Below are positions 42,708 through 53,150 of a DNA stretch of 64,000 nucleotides, one piece after another (within the stretch, counting starts at the first letter, position 1; every line of letters starts with the position of its first letter). Location of the stretch: positions 64,001-128,000 of IMG/VR virus record IMGVR_UViG_2595698451_000001, one strand, 5' to 3'. Under the pieces are notes generated by a model. It searched no databases. It saw only the letters and a program-made list of their open reading frames with translations, and was not told the origin of the DNA. The position numbers were made by a program, and so were the translations under genes. Source of the DNA: a virus. Lineage: Duplodnaviria; Caudoviricetes.

Positions 42708-43326
42708 AGAGCAGGAGCAAATCTTGAATGGCAACCGTTTTATGGTGAATACAAACGAAGCTACAGGAGTGTTCCTTCGGGACGTGGATAAGTTGATGCA
42801 CCAGTACCGTAACCTACGAATGAGTGTATACAATCAGTTTAAAGACTGCTTACCGGACCCAGTATCCCGGGAGGAGCTTAGGAGCTACATTGATGAGCAG
42901 TTCGTCCGTCTTGTGAAGGAGTACGATATCAATGGTCCTGTAGATTTCCCCGGGTACATAAAGACCAAACTAACTTACAGAGTTAAGCACTCTTACATCA
43001 AAGGGGAGTACCGGGACAGACACAGGGTGTTTGTAACAAAGAATGAGTTCGATGTTTCTACACTGATTGAAAGAACGCCTAGCTTAGACGAAGAGTTGGA
43101 CTACTATGAAGTGTTGGAGTACACGCTGCATGATGTGAACTTGACTAATCTTGAAAAAGAGGTATTGTTTTATATTCTACAGGAGCTAACAGACTCTCAG
43201 ATAGAGCAGAAAGTGAAAGAGTCCTTTGCAGATGAGTATAAACTTAGTACCTCCGAGATACGTACAACGATTAAACTGATGCAGACATTCTTAAGAACAA
43301 AGCTCGAAGAAGCTTTGAAGAAGTAA
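42691..43326 (+). CDS. Phage RNA polymerase sigma factor (probably late)
   Basis: EQFVRLVKEYD..VDFPGYIK region-2-like segment; conserved position after recA in Herelleviridae. Confidence 0.7.
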   Translation: MRDLNKEQEQILNGNRFMVNTNEATGVFLRDVDKLMHQYRNLRMSVYNQFKDCLPDPVSREELRSYIDEQFVRLVKEYDINGPVDFPGYIKTKLTYRVKHSYIKGEYRDRHRVFVTKNEFDVSTLIERTPSLDEELDYYEVLEYTLHDVNLTNLEKEVLFYILQELTDSQIEQKVKESFADEYKLSTSEIRTTIKLMQTFLRTKLEEALKK

Positions 43327-43369
43327 GTGCTATATTATACAAGTAAACCACGAAGAAGGGATGATCGAC

Positions 43370-43666
43370 ATGGCTGAGAACAAAAATGCCCAAGTGCAAG
43401 AGGTAGAGATTCCAACAGAAGCTCCTAAAGTGTCTTCTAAGCTAGTTGTTACAACTATCATCTACCTAATTGCGATTGTCAACGCTGCCGCAGCTTTCCT
43501 TGGTTTTGATTTTAATATTCCAACAAACTACGACTTTATCTATGATGGCGTTTCTCTAGTGTTCTTTGCAGGAAGCTTTTTCCACGCATACTGGAAGAAC
43601 AATGACATCACTAAAAAAGCTCGTATCAAAGCAGAGGTAGCTAAACAAGTTGATCTTAAGAAATAA
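43370..43666 (+). CDS. Holin (SPP1-like)
   Basis: Two TM segments, AYWKNNDITKKA; late motif at 43328. Confidence 0.75.
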   Translation: MAENKNAQVQEVEIPTEAPKVSSKLVVTTIIYLIAIVNAAAAFLGFDFNIPTNYDFIYDGVSLVFFAGSFFHAYWKNNDITKKARIKAEVAKQVDLKK

Positions 43667-43693
43667 TAACCTTATGGAAGGAGATATTAACTC

Positions 43694-44230
43694 ATGAAAA
43701 TTTCAGAAGCGATGGCTCAAGGAACTGTTACTCTTAACCCAGGTGACTATCTTGCAGCTAACACAGATTCAGTAGGATACCTGCCTACATATAAAGACAC
43801 AAGCGATCTACACAGAGGTCAGTACCTCTTCAAGGTAGTGAGCGCAGACTCTGGTCTGGATGTTATCCCGGTTGTAATGGCTGAAGATGGCAAGTCCTTT
43901 GTAGAAGTTCCTGAGCGCCCGATCATTTCTCAGAGAGGTAATGTAATTTCTTACATGACTACTCGTAATGATCCTATATTTAAAGACGGCTACCGCCCGG
44001 CGCATGCACACGTAGTAGAAAACATCCCATCTGGTGAAGAAGCACGTAATATTCTTGCCACTTTCATTGCCTTTGTTGGCAGCGAGTACGGTATGGGTGT
44101 TAATGACTTCAACATTGAAGGTCCTGACTATCTGAATACTGGAGCAGCACCAGAAGAGCCAGCACCAGAAGAGCCAGCACCAGAAGAGCCAGCACCAGAA
44201 GAGCCAGCACCAGAGGAACCACAAGCTTAA
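43694..44230 (+). CDS. Putative virion accessory protein with (APEEP)5 tail
   Basis: ORF track; co-transcribed with holin. Confidence 0.6.
   Translation: MKISEAMAQGTVTLNPGDYLAANTDSVGYLPTYKDTSDLHRGQYLFKVVSADSGLDVIPVVMAEDGKSFVEVPERPIISQRGNVISYMTTRNDPIFKDGYRPAHAHVVENIPSGEEARNILATFIAFVGSEYGMGVNDFNIEGPDYLNTGAAPEEPAPEEPAPEEPAPEEPAPEEPQA
44146..44220 (+). repeat. 15-nt tandem repeat GCACCAGAAGAGCCA x5
   Basis: Directly visible; last copy slightly degenerate. Confidence 0.9.
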
Positions 44231-44422
44231 TACAGTGGTACTATAGTCCTAGTATAACAAATACTAAGATAGTACCACACACCAAGAATGGAAGGGGCTA
44301 TAGCCCCTTCTTTTTTATATGTTAAAAACCTGAAATATTTTTAATATTTTTATTGACTATTTTAAAGAGCCCTGATAGAATATAGTTACAGGGTAAGAAA
44401 CCTGTAGAAATGGAGGGAGATA

Positions 44423-45364
44423 ATGGACAACAAACTGACCTTGCGAGTCTTTGTGCCCACAACGTTTGAGGGTGTAACAAGTGTTGCAATCTTAGAAGAG
44501 ATTATACACCCTAATGTACACCTCGATGTTCGATATACACGGCACTTAGATTTTCGAGAACACTGGGAGTTCCACGGAGCAGACATTGTTCTGATACTGG
44601 GGTTGGCTTACAGAGGCTATACACTCCCGGAAGAGTTTTATACCGAAGTCGATGTGCCCTTTATGGACTTCCACCATGGCAGTACATACGGAAAACCTAT
44701 TGAAGGCCGCCACATCCAGTCAATCGTTACGGAAGACGCAGACCCCATCTATGAGTTATGCCACCACATGCGTTCGTTCCCCGATCAGAGCTTATTGTCC
44801 AAGAACGTTACGATCACAGACAAAGCATGGCAGATGATTAATGCAGTGAACAGCTATCGGACGTGGACTTGGGAAGGTAACGATATTGTCCGGTTGCTTC
44901 TTGCGTTGTATCACGCCAGCTACACATTGATGCCGGGAGCTATCAGAGGAAACAGCTTAGAAGAGACAGTTAAGAAGAACGCCATTGTCATTAAAGGGCA
45001 GATGGAGAAACTCAAAGCTTATATCGCTAGGAAGAAAGAAGTTACTCAGACATATACAGTAGACATTAATGGTACACACTGTCTGCTGAAAGTTGTGTTT
45101 GCAGACGAATACATAAACGAATTGGCTAATGAACTACTAAATGATGAAAAGACTTCGATGCCAGTTATTGTTTGTGTGGGAAGGGCTACGAAATCAAATG
45201 ATATGTTTTCTATTCGTACAAAGCGTATACACGCCGGGCAGGTTGCTAACCTGATAAACGAGGGGAACGGTAAAGAAGAAGTCGGTACTGTATTTGTAGA
45301 CGTAGGCTATGCGGAACTTATGGGGAAAAGTATTATTGCAGCGCTTACCCGTAATGTACAGTAA
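44423..45364 (+). CDS. Degenerate DHH/DHHA1-like phosphoesterase fold protein
   Basis: FEGVTS (DxDG-like), DFHH, FSIRT..VA pattern. Confidence 0.4.
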   Translation: MDNKLTLRVFVPTTFEGVTSVAILEEIIHPNVHLDVRYTRHLDFREHWEFHGADIVLILGLAYRGYTLPEEFYTEVDVPFMDFHHGSTYGKPIEGRHIQSIVTEDADPIYELCHHMRSFPDQSLLSKNVTITDKAWQMINAVNSYRTWTWEGNDIVRLLLALYHASYTLMPGAIRGNSLEETVKKNAIVIKGQMEKLKAYIARKKEVTQTYTVDINGTHCLLKVVFADEYINELANELLNDEKTSMPVIVCVGRATKSNDMFSIRTKRIHAGQVANLINEGNGKEEVGTVFVDVGYAELMGKSIIAALTRNVQ

Positions 45365-45407
45365 GATTACAAGGTATGTTATAATAAAACACAGGGAGGA
45401 ACTTAAT

Positions 45408-45686
45408 ATGGTGGAAGTATTAGATCAGTTGGTAGGTAGTTATGGGGTTACTACGGATGAGGAGTTCGGTAAAATCGTAGATACACTACTTAAAGTTGGT
45501 AGAGTTGTGCAAGATCAAGAAAGACCGAGCCATCAAGCAGAGCTTATCATCCAAAAGTTCGAGGTGCCTACGCCGGATGGGAAAACAAAGTGCTACGACC
45601 TCTGGTATCAAACACGTACACCCTTTTCACCTAAAGAAATGTGCTGCTCTTTTGGTTTCGAGGAGACAGACAGAAAATATATCTAG
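45408..45686 (+). CDS. Hypothetical protein
   Basis: GGAGG RBS before ATG 45408. Confidence 0.6.
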   Translation: MVEVLDQLVGSYGVTTDEEFGKIVDTLLKVGRVVQDQERPSHQAELIIQKFEVPTPDGKTKCYDLWYQTRTPFSPKEMCCSFGFEETDRKYI

Positions 45687-45698
45687 GAGTGAGAGATA

Positions 45699-47009
45699 TT
45701 GAGCGATAAACGTTTAAGTGCTGAGGAGAAAACAATACTAGGTACCGAGAATGGAGCTAAGGCAGCTTTAATGGGGTATCTTATGGCAGAACGAGGTAAG
45801 TGCGCTCCAGCGGTCTTTAACAAGTATGCTAAGCGATTAGGCTTTAGTAAAGTAAACATTGCTGAGATGAAGAAACTTCAATCTGACATTGAAAACGACA
45901 CTGTATTATACAGCATCTATGGGAAAGCATACCAGCGTGTCATCAAACTTGAAGACATCCCTACTGCTTACGACAGCGTACCTGAAATGAGAGAGGAAGA
46001 CGCATTTTCTCAGGTCACCCCTTACGTAGTGTCCAATGAAGCAAATAATGCATTCCTGAGAGAGTTAAGAAGTTTGCAGCGTAAGGGCGCCCATATGGAG
46101 CTGCTGTTTAAAGGACTTAAACATTACCTCGTAGAAGAGCTTAAAGGGATGCCGAGAGCTAAATATTTAAAGACTCCGGTACCTAAGCCTCGAAAGGGAG
46201 ATAAGAGCCTCATCCTCGCCTTCTCAGACTGGCATATCGGTGCCCTAGTTTTCAACGAAGACACCGGGGGATACGACTTCAAGAAGCTCACAACTCAGAT
46301 GGGCGAAGTTACAGAGTTTGTGCTTGGTTTAGTTGAAGAACTAGGCATTAAGCACCTATACATATTCCACGTTGGGGATGTCATCGAACATATCTCCATG
46401 AGAAACGTGAACCAAGCTTTTGAAGCAGAGTTCCCGGCTACAGAACAGATTGCTAAGGGAACACGGCTGCTGATTGACATACTTAAAAACATATCCGCAC
46501 ATATTCATGTTACCTTCGGAATGGTTGCTGGTAACCACGACCGTTTCAACGGGAACAAGAACGACAAAGTGTATAACGACAACGTAGTATACTTAATCCT
46601 TGAGACACTTATTATGTCCCAAGAGGAATTTGGAGCGCTACCTAACGTCACTATTATTGACAACAGGGCTGACACTTATGAATTTACCCAAAAGGTAGCA
46701 GGTCAAAACATAAAAGTTAAGCACGGAGAGTATGAAAAGAAAAAAGACGATCAAAAAATTCCAAAACACATCAAAGAAGAACCTATCGACCTGTATATCA
46801 TGGGACACATACATACAAACAGATTCGTACAAGAAGACTACTCTAGATTCCATGTGTACACTGGTTCTACAATGGGAGCGAATAACTACTCCAAAGAACT
46901 TAACTTCCCGACCACAGCAGCCTCTCAGTTAGCAGTAGTTTTGACGGAAGGAAGCTCAACAAGAATGTTTATCCCAATTATGTTTAATAAAGACGGAAAA
47001 TTAGATTAA
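45699..47009 (+). CDS. Calcineurin-like metallophosphoesterase
   Basis: SDWHIG, GDVIE, GNHD, KHG, GHIH. Confidence 0.82.
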   Translation: MSDKRLSAEEKTILGTENGAKAALMGYLMAERGKCAPAVFNKYAKRLGFSKVNIAEMKKLQSDIENDTVLYSIYGKAYQRVIKLEDIPTAYDSVPEMREEDAFSQVTPYVVSNEANNAFLRELRSLQRKGAHMELLFKGLKHYLVEELKGMPRAKYLKTPVPKPRKGDKSLILAFSDWHIGALVFNEDTGGYDFKKLTTQMGEVTEFVLGLVEELGIKHLYIFHVGDVIEHISMRNVNQAFEAEFPATEQIAKGTRLLIDILKNISAHIHVTFGMVAGNHDRFNGNKNDKVYNDNVVYLILETLIMSQEEFGALPNVTIIDNRADTYEFTQKVAGQNIKVKHGEYEKKKDDQKIPKHIKEEPIDLYIMGHIHTNRFVQEDYSRFHVYTGSTMGANNYSKELNFPTTAASQLAVVLTEGSSTRMFIPIMFNKDGKLD

Positions 47010-47023
47010 TTAGGAGGATGTAA

Positions 47024-47401
47024 ATGGAGACACTAACTGCTTTTGCTGTAACTATGTATGGGGTCGTTATAGCTTCCTTATTCGCTAACCTCCTTCAGCA
47101 ATGGAGAGAAACTAAGGAGCTTAAACAGAAGGGGAAGACCCCGTTGACCGGAAAGAATACAGCCACGGTTACCTGTGCAGCACTTGGGGAAGCTGTAGTC
47201 GTCACCCTTGTATTTTTAGCTCTAGCCGCTGTACCGGCTACACTAGGTATTTGGGAACTAGGGGCGGCTGCTGTAGGCTGCTATCTTATTAAAGAGCCTG
47301 CTGCATATCTCTCCGCTTGGGCGTGCTGGTCAGTATTTCTGAAGTTCGAGAAGCGTAAAAGAGTAGCAGAGCTTAAAAAAGATCAAAAAGGAGCCATTTA
47401 A
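47024..47401 (+). CDS. Membrane protein
   Basis: Hydrophobic segments. Confidence 0.65.
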   Translation: METLTAFAVTMYGVVIASLFANLLQQWRETKELKQKGKTPLTGKNTATVTCAALGEAVVVTLVFLALAAVPATLGIWELGAAAVGCYLIKEPAAYLSAWACWSVFLKFEKRKRVAELKKDQKGAI

Positions 47402-47473
47402 GGCTCTTTTTTCTATATTATAGTAGACACATCCCTGTAGCTATGCTATACTAAGGCTATAAAATACAGAGGA

Positions 47474-47839
47474 GTGATCTGGATGTTTAAGGAGAGAAAG
47501 GTAAAGATATTTGACTCTGAAATAATCAAGGAGAGTTATATCATCACATTAGACCAGTACCGGATAAATACTACCGGATATGACTATGATGAGGACTACG
47601 AAGTTAGTTGGGACTACGTAGGGAGTATTACTGGGGTGATCTCAGAAGCTTCGGAGGACTTGTTCACGGTAGTGTATTTAAGCCCCCGAGTACACGGACA
47701 GACTTGTGAGTACAATATATGCATTGATGAGGTTGTAGAAGGGGATTTACTTCCAAAGGATGATACTATAAGCATTATGTATAAAATCGTAGGAGTAACA
47801 GACCGAATAAAAGGAGTATCAATAAGTCAGAAGGAGTGA
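47474..47839 (+). CDS. Hypothetical protein
   Basis: ORF track; RBS. Confidence 0.6.
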   Translation: MIWMFKERKVKIFDSEIIKESYIITLDQYRINTTGYDYDEDYEVSWDYVGSITGVISEASEDLFTVVYLSPRVHGQTCEYNICIDEVVEGDLLPKDDTISIMYKIVGVTDRIKGVSISQKE

Positions 47840-47843
47840 TCTT

Positions 47844-48440
47844 ATGAACGAGAAAGACATGGCACTACCTAACCCGGAACTGTTGACATACATTCAAACC
47901 GGAGTTTTATGGATAAAAGACGATCCTACTTATGTCATAGACCTTATCAGAAAAGAAAATATAGCTATTGTTCACGTGTTTGCTGTTCATGACAAGACGG
48001 CTCAAAGACCTAAGAAAAGGGCAGTGCAAATAAAGCAGCAGACAACCCGATTCAGTAACAAGACTAGGCTAGGTGAGATGGCTAATAAGTACCTACCTGC
48101 AAAGACTATAGAAAAGTGGGTGGTAAACCCTCCGCTGTTTACAGCACCTATAGTGCAGGGGTACCGAGATACCTTCTCTCAAAGACAAGAACCTGGGTTC
48201 TTTGAACGAGAGCCGGACACCGAGACGACCTTTAATGGGGAACGTAGGATCATTAGAGGAAAAAATACAGGAGTGTTTATCGGGTTGTCCTCTATTGTAT
48301 GGGAAGACAAGATCAGAATATCTAAGGAGTCCCTTGTACAAGCGATCAATCAGTATAGGCAGGGTAACTCTTTCTATAACTTTACAGATAGGGACGATGA
48401 CCCGAATAACCCGTTATCGAGCGGCTACAATAACCTATAA
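47844..48440 (+). CDS. Conserved hypothetical protein
   Basis: ORF track; RBS. Confidence 0.65.
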   Translation: MNEKDMALPNPELLTYIQTGVLWIKDDPTYVIDLIRKENIAIVHVFAVHDKTAQRPKKRAVQIKQQTTRFSNKTRLGEMANKYLPAKTIEKWVVNPPLFTAPIVQGYRDTFSQRQEPGFFEREPDTETTFNGERRIIRGKNTGVFIGLSSIVWEDKIRISKESLVQAINQYRQGNSFYNFTDRDDDPNNPLSSGYNNL

Positions 48441-48525
48441 AGAGGTAACAGAGTTACTGGCTGCTAGGCTCCGGCTTAGCAGCTTTTTGTGTACATAACC
48501 CAGACAATATTAGGAGGGAAATGTT

Positions 48526-49245
48526 ATGAAAAAGTTATACGAGGCAGAAATTAAAGAATTAATTTTAAAAAAGAGGCATATATTTGTGTCAAACGGGAAT
48601 AGTAATAGTACCATCCTATTCGAGAAGGCAATTGTTATAGGCTCCACAATCGCAGACTGTATCATCTTCTCTGAGGATAGAGGGATTATCGGTATAGAGA
48701 TAAAAACAGAGTATGACAACACTAGACGGCTTAACAAACAGCTGAAGAACTACAGCCTTGTATGCGACTACGTTTATGTACTGTGTCACGATAATCACGT
48801 AGAGAAGACTGAGGAGATACTTCTCAAAAATAATCATCATCATGTGGGGATACTAGCATATACTGAATTTAGAGGGGAGGCAGTACTAGGGGTTTATAAG
48901 GGAGCTGCTCACTCGCCATCCAAGAATGTTAGAATGGCGTATCAGATGCTGTGGAAAGAAGAAATATCTAACATACTAGGCAGCTTTAAGAAACAGATGA
49001 AGACCTTGGAAGAACAAGGACTATCAGTAGACACTGCAAAGAGTAGGTCAAATGGTTTACACGGACTTTACACCCAGTCTAACGCATCTAAGAAGTACCT
49101 TACGAAGAGTAACATGATAAACATGATCGTAGGGCGGCTAGGCGAGCACTCTGCTAACTGTCTACTGTGTGACATCTTTATATCCGGCAGGATGCACCCT
49201 GATAGAAATTTAAAATTTCATTATTTTAAGCAGTCCGGTAAATAG
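48526..49245 (+). CDS. PD-(D/E)xK nuclease-fold protein (sce7726/MmcB-like)
   Basis: IAD..GIEIKTEYDN..RL.KQL.NY..VCDYVY. Confidence 0.7.
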   Translation: MKKLYEAEIKELILKKRHIFVSNGNSNSTILFEKAIVIGSTIADCIIFSEDRGIIGIEIKTEYDNTRRLNKQLKNYSLVCDYVYVLCHDNHVEKTEEILLKNNHHHVGILAYTEFRGEAVLGVYKGAAHSPSKNVRMAYQMLWKEEISNILGSFKKQMKTLEEQGLSVDTAKSRSNGLHGLYTQSNASKKYLTKSNMINMIVGRLGEHSANCLLCDIFISGRMHPDRNLKFHYFKQSGK

Positions 49246-49343
49246 AGGAAGTTTACATTGTAATCATGCCATGATATACTTCCTGTATAAAGTCTTTTGA
49301 GAACAGATAAACTAAAAATAAAAAACCGAAGGAGAGATACACA

Positions 49344-49892
49344 ATGACTGTACACATGAATTTAGTTAAATACGCAGGAGACTTTTGGGTGACTTTAGCT
49401 GACTATACGCATACTAGGAGTGTTGAGAAATACTCAGATCATGCATCTGTAAAATCTGCGATCCGTACTGCGGTAGTTAGAGAAGGGGCAGATAAATACA
49501 TCGCTTTTAGAGGAGAAGCACAAATTAAGGGTATTATTAGAGAAAATAAGGACAACAAGATGTTCTATCCTGAAGATTTTCAAGGACATACTCGTGCTGC
49601 TTTAATTCATTGGAGTATGCTTGATATGCTCAATAACCGATTCAAAGTAGAAAAAGGTAAAGAGCAGGCATTCGCTCGCTTTATGGAAGAGGCAGAGGAG
49701 TATATGGAGACTCTAGCTACCCCTACCGAGGAATCTACAGGACTTTTCGATAACAGGTCTGCAATGCTAAAGAGCTTACGACAAGACCTAAGCTTATTGG
49801 ATAAAGAAATTGAAGTTAAAATGAATAATCGAGAGAAGATACTACAAGCTATAAACGCTCTAGAGGGTCTCGACTTAGAGAATATCCAGTAA
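49344..49892 (+). CDS. Hypothetical protein
   Basis: ORF track; RBS. Confidence 0.65.
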   Translation: MTVHMNLVKYAGDFWVTLADYTHTRSVEKYSDHASVKSAIRTAVVREGADKYIAFRGEAQIKGIIRENKDNKMFYPEDFQGHTRAALIHWSMLDMLNNRFKVEKGKEQAFARFMEEAEEYMETLATPTEESTGLFDNRSAMLKSLRQDLSLLDKEIEVKMNNREKILQAINALEGLDLENIQ

Positions 49893-50004
49893 GTATGATA
49901 CAATATGAATACAGAGTATAGGAGGTGACATTTTGTAAAAAAGTGTTGCCTTTTTCTTTTATACACTGTATAATATACATAAGACATATAGGTGGTTACA
50001 GACT

Positions 50005-50535
50005 ATGGCAAAAAAGAAAAAACCAAATTCAGTAACAAGAGCAATGTCTCGGGGTGTCGGAGCCCGAGGAACGTCAGCAACACCTAACTCCGGTAAAGAT
50101 GCCTATAATCAGGCGAGAAAGAGCACTAAAGGGCATTACAGAGTAGAGTTCACAGAGGTATTTGAGCGGATGACTGAGAAGGATATAGAGCTAAGGAAGA
50201 CATACGGTATAGACTTAGTTGCAGGGAACCTAAAGGTACCTACAGACATGGTTACACTCCGAGCTAAGAAGAAAACAGGAGAACAGACTCTAACTTCTCT
50301 AGATGAGGTGTACTATGTTAAGGTTGGTCAGGAGACCTGCGGAAAGCTGTCTATACGTACACAGAGGCTATGGAAAAGCAGTAACCTTATATTTGTATTC
50401 CAGATCAAGAAAACCGCTCTAAAGCCGCCACAGAAAGCTTTTAGCCGCAACAAGGGGTTTAAGAAACGAACCACCAGTCAGAAAAGCCAGGCTAGTAGAA
50501 ATTCCTATAATAAACGCAGAGGAGGAAAGAATTAG
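50005..50535 (+). CDS. Basic hypothetical protein
   Basis: K/R-rich termini. Confidence 0.65.
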   Translation: MAKKKKPNSVTRAMSRGVGARGTSATPNSGKDAYNQARKSTKGHYRVEFTEVFERMTEKDIELRKTYGIDLVAGNLKVPTDMVTLRAKKKTGEQTLTSLDEVYYVKVGQETCGKLSIRTQRLWKSSNLIFVFQIKKTALKPPQKAFSRNKGFKKRTTSQKSQASRNSYNKRRGGKN

Positions 50536-51089
50536 TGGTTGAGAAAAAATATTTTGAAGTCACTCTAGACTTTAAGGGGAAACCTTTTCTATTTGATGAG
50601 TCCTCTTTGACGGCGCTTAAAGAAAGTTATCTCGGACTTGGTCGTGGAACAATAGGGCTTTACTTCGGAGAAGACTCTAAACTAAGTGACACAAGAACAG
50701 GGTCAGAGGTAAACTGCTCTGCCGTGGAACTGTGGAACCTCTTGAGGAAAGCAGAGGGTAAATTAAAAGAACTTAGACAAGAGTTCCATAAGGAGCAGCT
50801 AAGGGAACTGCGTGAACAGAGTGCGGAGGCTGAAAGAATAAAACGGAACCAAAAGCATAAAGAGGAAGTTGAGCGTGTGGCTAGAGAGCAGCTCTTCGAT
50901 GCAGGGTTCCGTAGAGTGAAGGTACTTTACCATGATGAGAAATATATTCAGCTCAAAGGGGAAAAGAGACATTGGTTTAGCAAGCGTAGTTATGTTAAAA
51001 CTTTTGAGATTGTAACAAAAAAGACTACGGACAACTTTGGCTATGCCGGAGATTGGTTCCTAATGCCAGTTAGTAAAGGGATGCTGTAA
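50535..51089 (+). CDS. Hypothetical protein
   Basis: ORF track. Confidence 0.6.
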   Translation: MVEKKYFEVTLDFKGKPFLFDESSLTALKESYLGLGRGTIGLYFGEDSKLSDTRTGSEVNCSAVELWNLLRKAEGKLKELRQEFHKEQLRELREQSAEAERIKRNQKHKEEVERVAREQLFDAGFRRVKVLYHDEKYIQLKGEKRHWFSKRSYVKTFEIVTKKTTDNFGYAGDWFLMPVSKGML

Positions 51090-51090
51090 A

Positions 51091-51393
51091 ATGAATAAGT
51101 ACACTCAATTTGAAGTCCTGTTCAAAGGAGAATCATTCACCGTAACCATGGGGCTGATCGAATACTTTGAGAAACAGGCATATAGTAACCCTGTAGGAGA
51201 GATAGATGTAGAGTTTCTAGACGGGAGAGTTCGTAAATGGTACGGAACAGACCTGATTATTTTTTGTAGGAATGCAACCAAAGCGTATCACCAGCTAATC
51301 TATGAAGACCTTAAAGGTAATGAAAACGCCTATGTAAAGCGTATGCGAAAAGAGAAAGACCCCTATGGAAAGGACGATGACGATGATTATTAA
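51091..51393 (+). CDS. Hypothetical protein
   Basis: ORF track. Confidence 0.6.
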   Translation: MNKYTQFEVLFKGESFTVTMGLIEYFEKQAYSNPVGEIDVEFLDGRVRKWYGTDLIIFCRNATKAYHQLIYEDLKGNENAYVKRMRKEKDPYGKDDDDDY

Positions 51394-52252
51394 TGGACTA
51401 AAAGAGTATAAAGGCACGCTTAAGAAGCTAGACAACTTACTGAAAGATACAGCTAGAGGCATTCAAGGTGTGTATTACACAAACAGTTTCTTCAGCCAGA
51501 GATACCTTACAAAAGCTTTCGCTATTGCAGACCACCTAAGCATTGCAGACAATAGTGTCAACCTCAAGATCGTTACAAGAGTTGAGAAAGCAGGCATCTT
51601 AGAGATGAATAATACTAGTGATATGCTGTTGGACTACGCTGCGGGAGAAGTCAAGGCGTTTTCTCTAGACCCGAAGGAAGCTTACGCACACAACCCTACA
51701 ACACCTATCCCGGAGCCTATATCAGTAAACATGGCATTATTTCCTTTTGACATTGAGCTATTCATGAAAGACCCGGAGGTTACATACCAAGAGGTCACAA
51801 TCGCTGGAAGTAAGTTTACATTGATAAACCTACACCAAGTATTAGATCAAGAAAAAGAGCTGGAACAGACGGTATCACTGTTATTCGGAGAACGAGACAA
51901 ACTTAACTTCTTCTCTCATTTCCTCAACAAGACTTTAACATCCAGAGACACTAAGCTAATACTAGACCTGATCGTGGATGAGAATATCACAGGTAGGGCG
52001 GTCAAGTCTGTGAGCTATCGTAACGAAGAAGGAGTAATCAGCCAAGTATTCCCTTACGAAGAGCTTATCAATTCTTATAGAAACTCTAACGGGCATTACA
52101 TCTTCGGCACAGGTCATGGGTACATGAGAATCCCTAAAGATAACCTCCATAAGTACCAAATGACTGTAGATGCGTTTAGTGACTCAAAAAGCCTAGAATA
52201 TCAGCTAGTTCTAGAGTCGGCTAAGAGTAGAATTATTCTAAATATGGACTAG
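51365..52252 (+). CDS. Conserved hypothetical protein
   Basis: ORF track. Confidence 0.65.
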   Translation: MERTMTMIINGLKEYKGTLKKLDNLLKDTARGIQGVYYTNSFFSQRYLTKAFAIADHLSIADNSVNLKIVTRVEKAGILEMNNTSDMLLDYAAGEVKAFSLDPKEAYAHNPTTPIPEPISVNMALFPFDIELFMKDPEVTYQEVTIAGSKFTLINLHQVLDQEKELEQTVSLLFGERDKLNFFSHFLNKTLTSRDTKLILDLIVDENITGRAVKSVSYRNEEGVISQVFPYEELINSYRNSNGHYIFGTGHGYMRIPKDNLHKYQMTVDAFSDSKSLEYQLVLESAKSRIILNMD

Positions 52253-52263
52253 GGGGTAATCGT

Positions 52264-52497
52264 ATGCCACCCCAAGATAAAAATGGCAAGTATATAACAG
52301 ACTGTAATATAGTGTACTACTTCAAGACCGTAGATGAGAGGATCGTCTCCAAAGAGCATCAATCTTTCGAAGATATGCAGGTAATCTCGGACGACTTCTA
52401 TCAACCGTATATCGAGATGTCCACTAGAATGAGAGACGAACCTAGGAAGCCAAAGTTCCGAAGTCTATCGCAGGCAATGATTCGTAAAAGAAAGTAG
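52264..52497 (+). CDS. Hypothetical protein
   Basis: ORF track. Confidence 0.55.
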   Translation: MPPQDKNGKYITDCNIVYYFKTVDERIVSKEHQSFEDMQVISDDFYQPYIEMSTRMRDEPRKPKFRSLSQAMIRKRK

Positions 52498-52526
52498 TCT
52501 AAATCAAAAAACAAGGAGAGGTTACT

Positions 52527-53150
52527 ATGTATGCAAAGTTTACAGGAAGACAGTATGAGGCGTATAAAAAACTTAGAGAGGACTACCGCATTCAGGACTA
52601 TGCTCTTCAAGTGATCTATAGGTATCACGGCACATTAGACTGGGAGGCGGGACCTTATGCGCCTTTAAACGGGGTAGAGAGATATTCTCTAGTTCAAGCG
52701 GTTGTTAATGACCATTATGAAGTTCGTCTTACATTCGTAGAGAAGTTAGAAAACATGATCAAGGATCAGACTAACAAAGTAGATAGCCTGACAGAGAGAT
52801 TAGACAGTAGTCAGCATACTTTATCAGGACCATTAACTGAGTATATTATCCCTGAAGTACAGACAGAGCGGGAGATAGCCTTAGCTGAGCATAATGTACT
52901 TAGAGATGTTTACTTGAAATACATTGAGGAGCAAGAGGGGTCACGGTACGAAGCTAAGAGGCGATTAAATATCCTTCTAGGCGAGGTCCCGGAGCCTACA
53001 GATGATGATGATGATAATGATGATGAAGAGCGGTACCCCTACGATATTGATGAGGATGATGAAGAAATCGTACGCAACCCGCCTGCCTCAATCCGCAGAG
53101 ACATCCCGTTTACTGATAAGATAGAAAATAAGGAGGGTAACGATGAGTGA
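52527..53150 (+). CDS. Hypothetical protein with acidic tail
   Basis: ORF track; RBS. Confidence 0.65.
   Translation: MYAKFTGRQYEAYKKLREDYRIQDYALQVIYRYHGTLDWEAGPYAPLNGVERYSLVQAVVNDHYEVRLTFVEKLENMIKDQTNKVDSLTERLDSSQHTLSGPLTEYIIPEVQTEREIALAEHNVLRDVYLKYIEEQEGSRYEAKRRLNILLGEVPEPTDDDDDNDDEERYPYDIDEDDEEIVRNPPASIRRDIPFTDKIENKEGNDE

Noticed and set aside
43808-44224. Minus-strand ORF with WLFWC repeats
   Set aside because: Antisense shadow of the APEEP repeat; no RBS.
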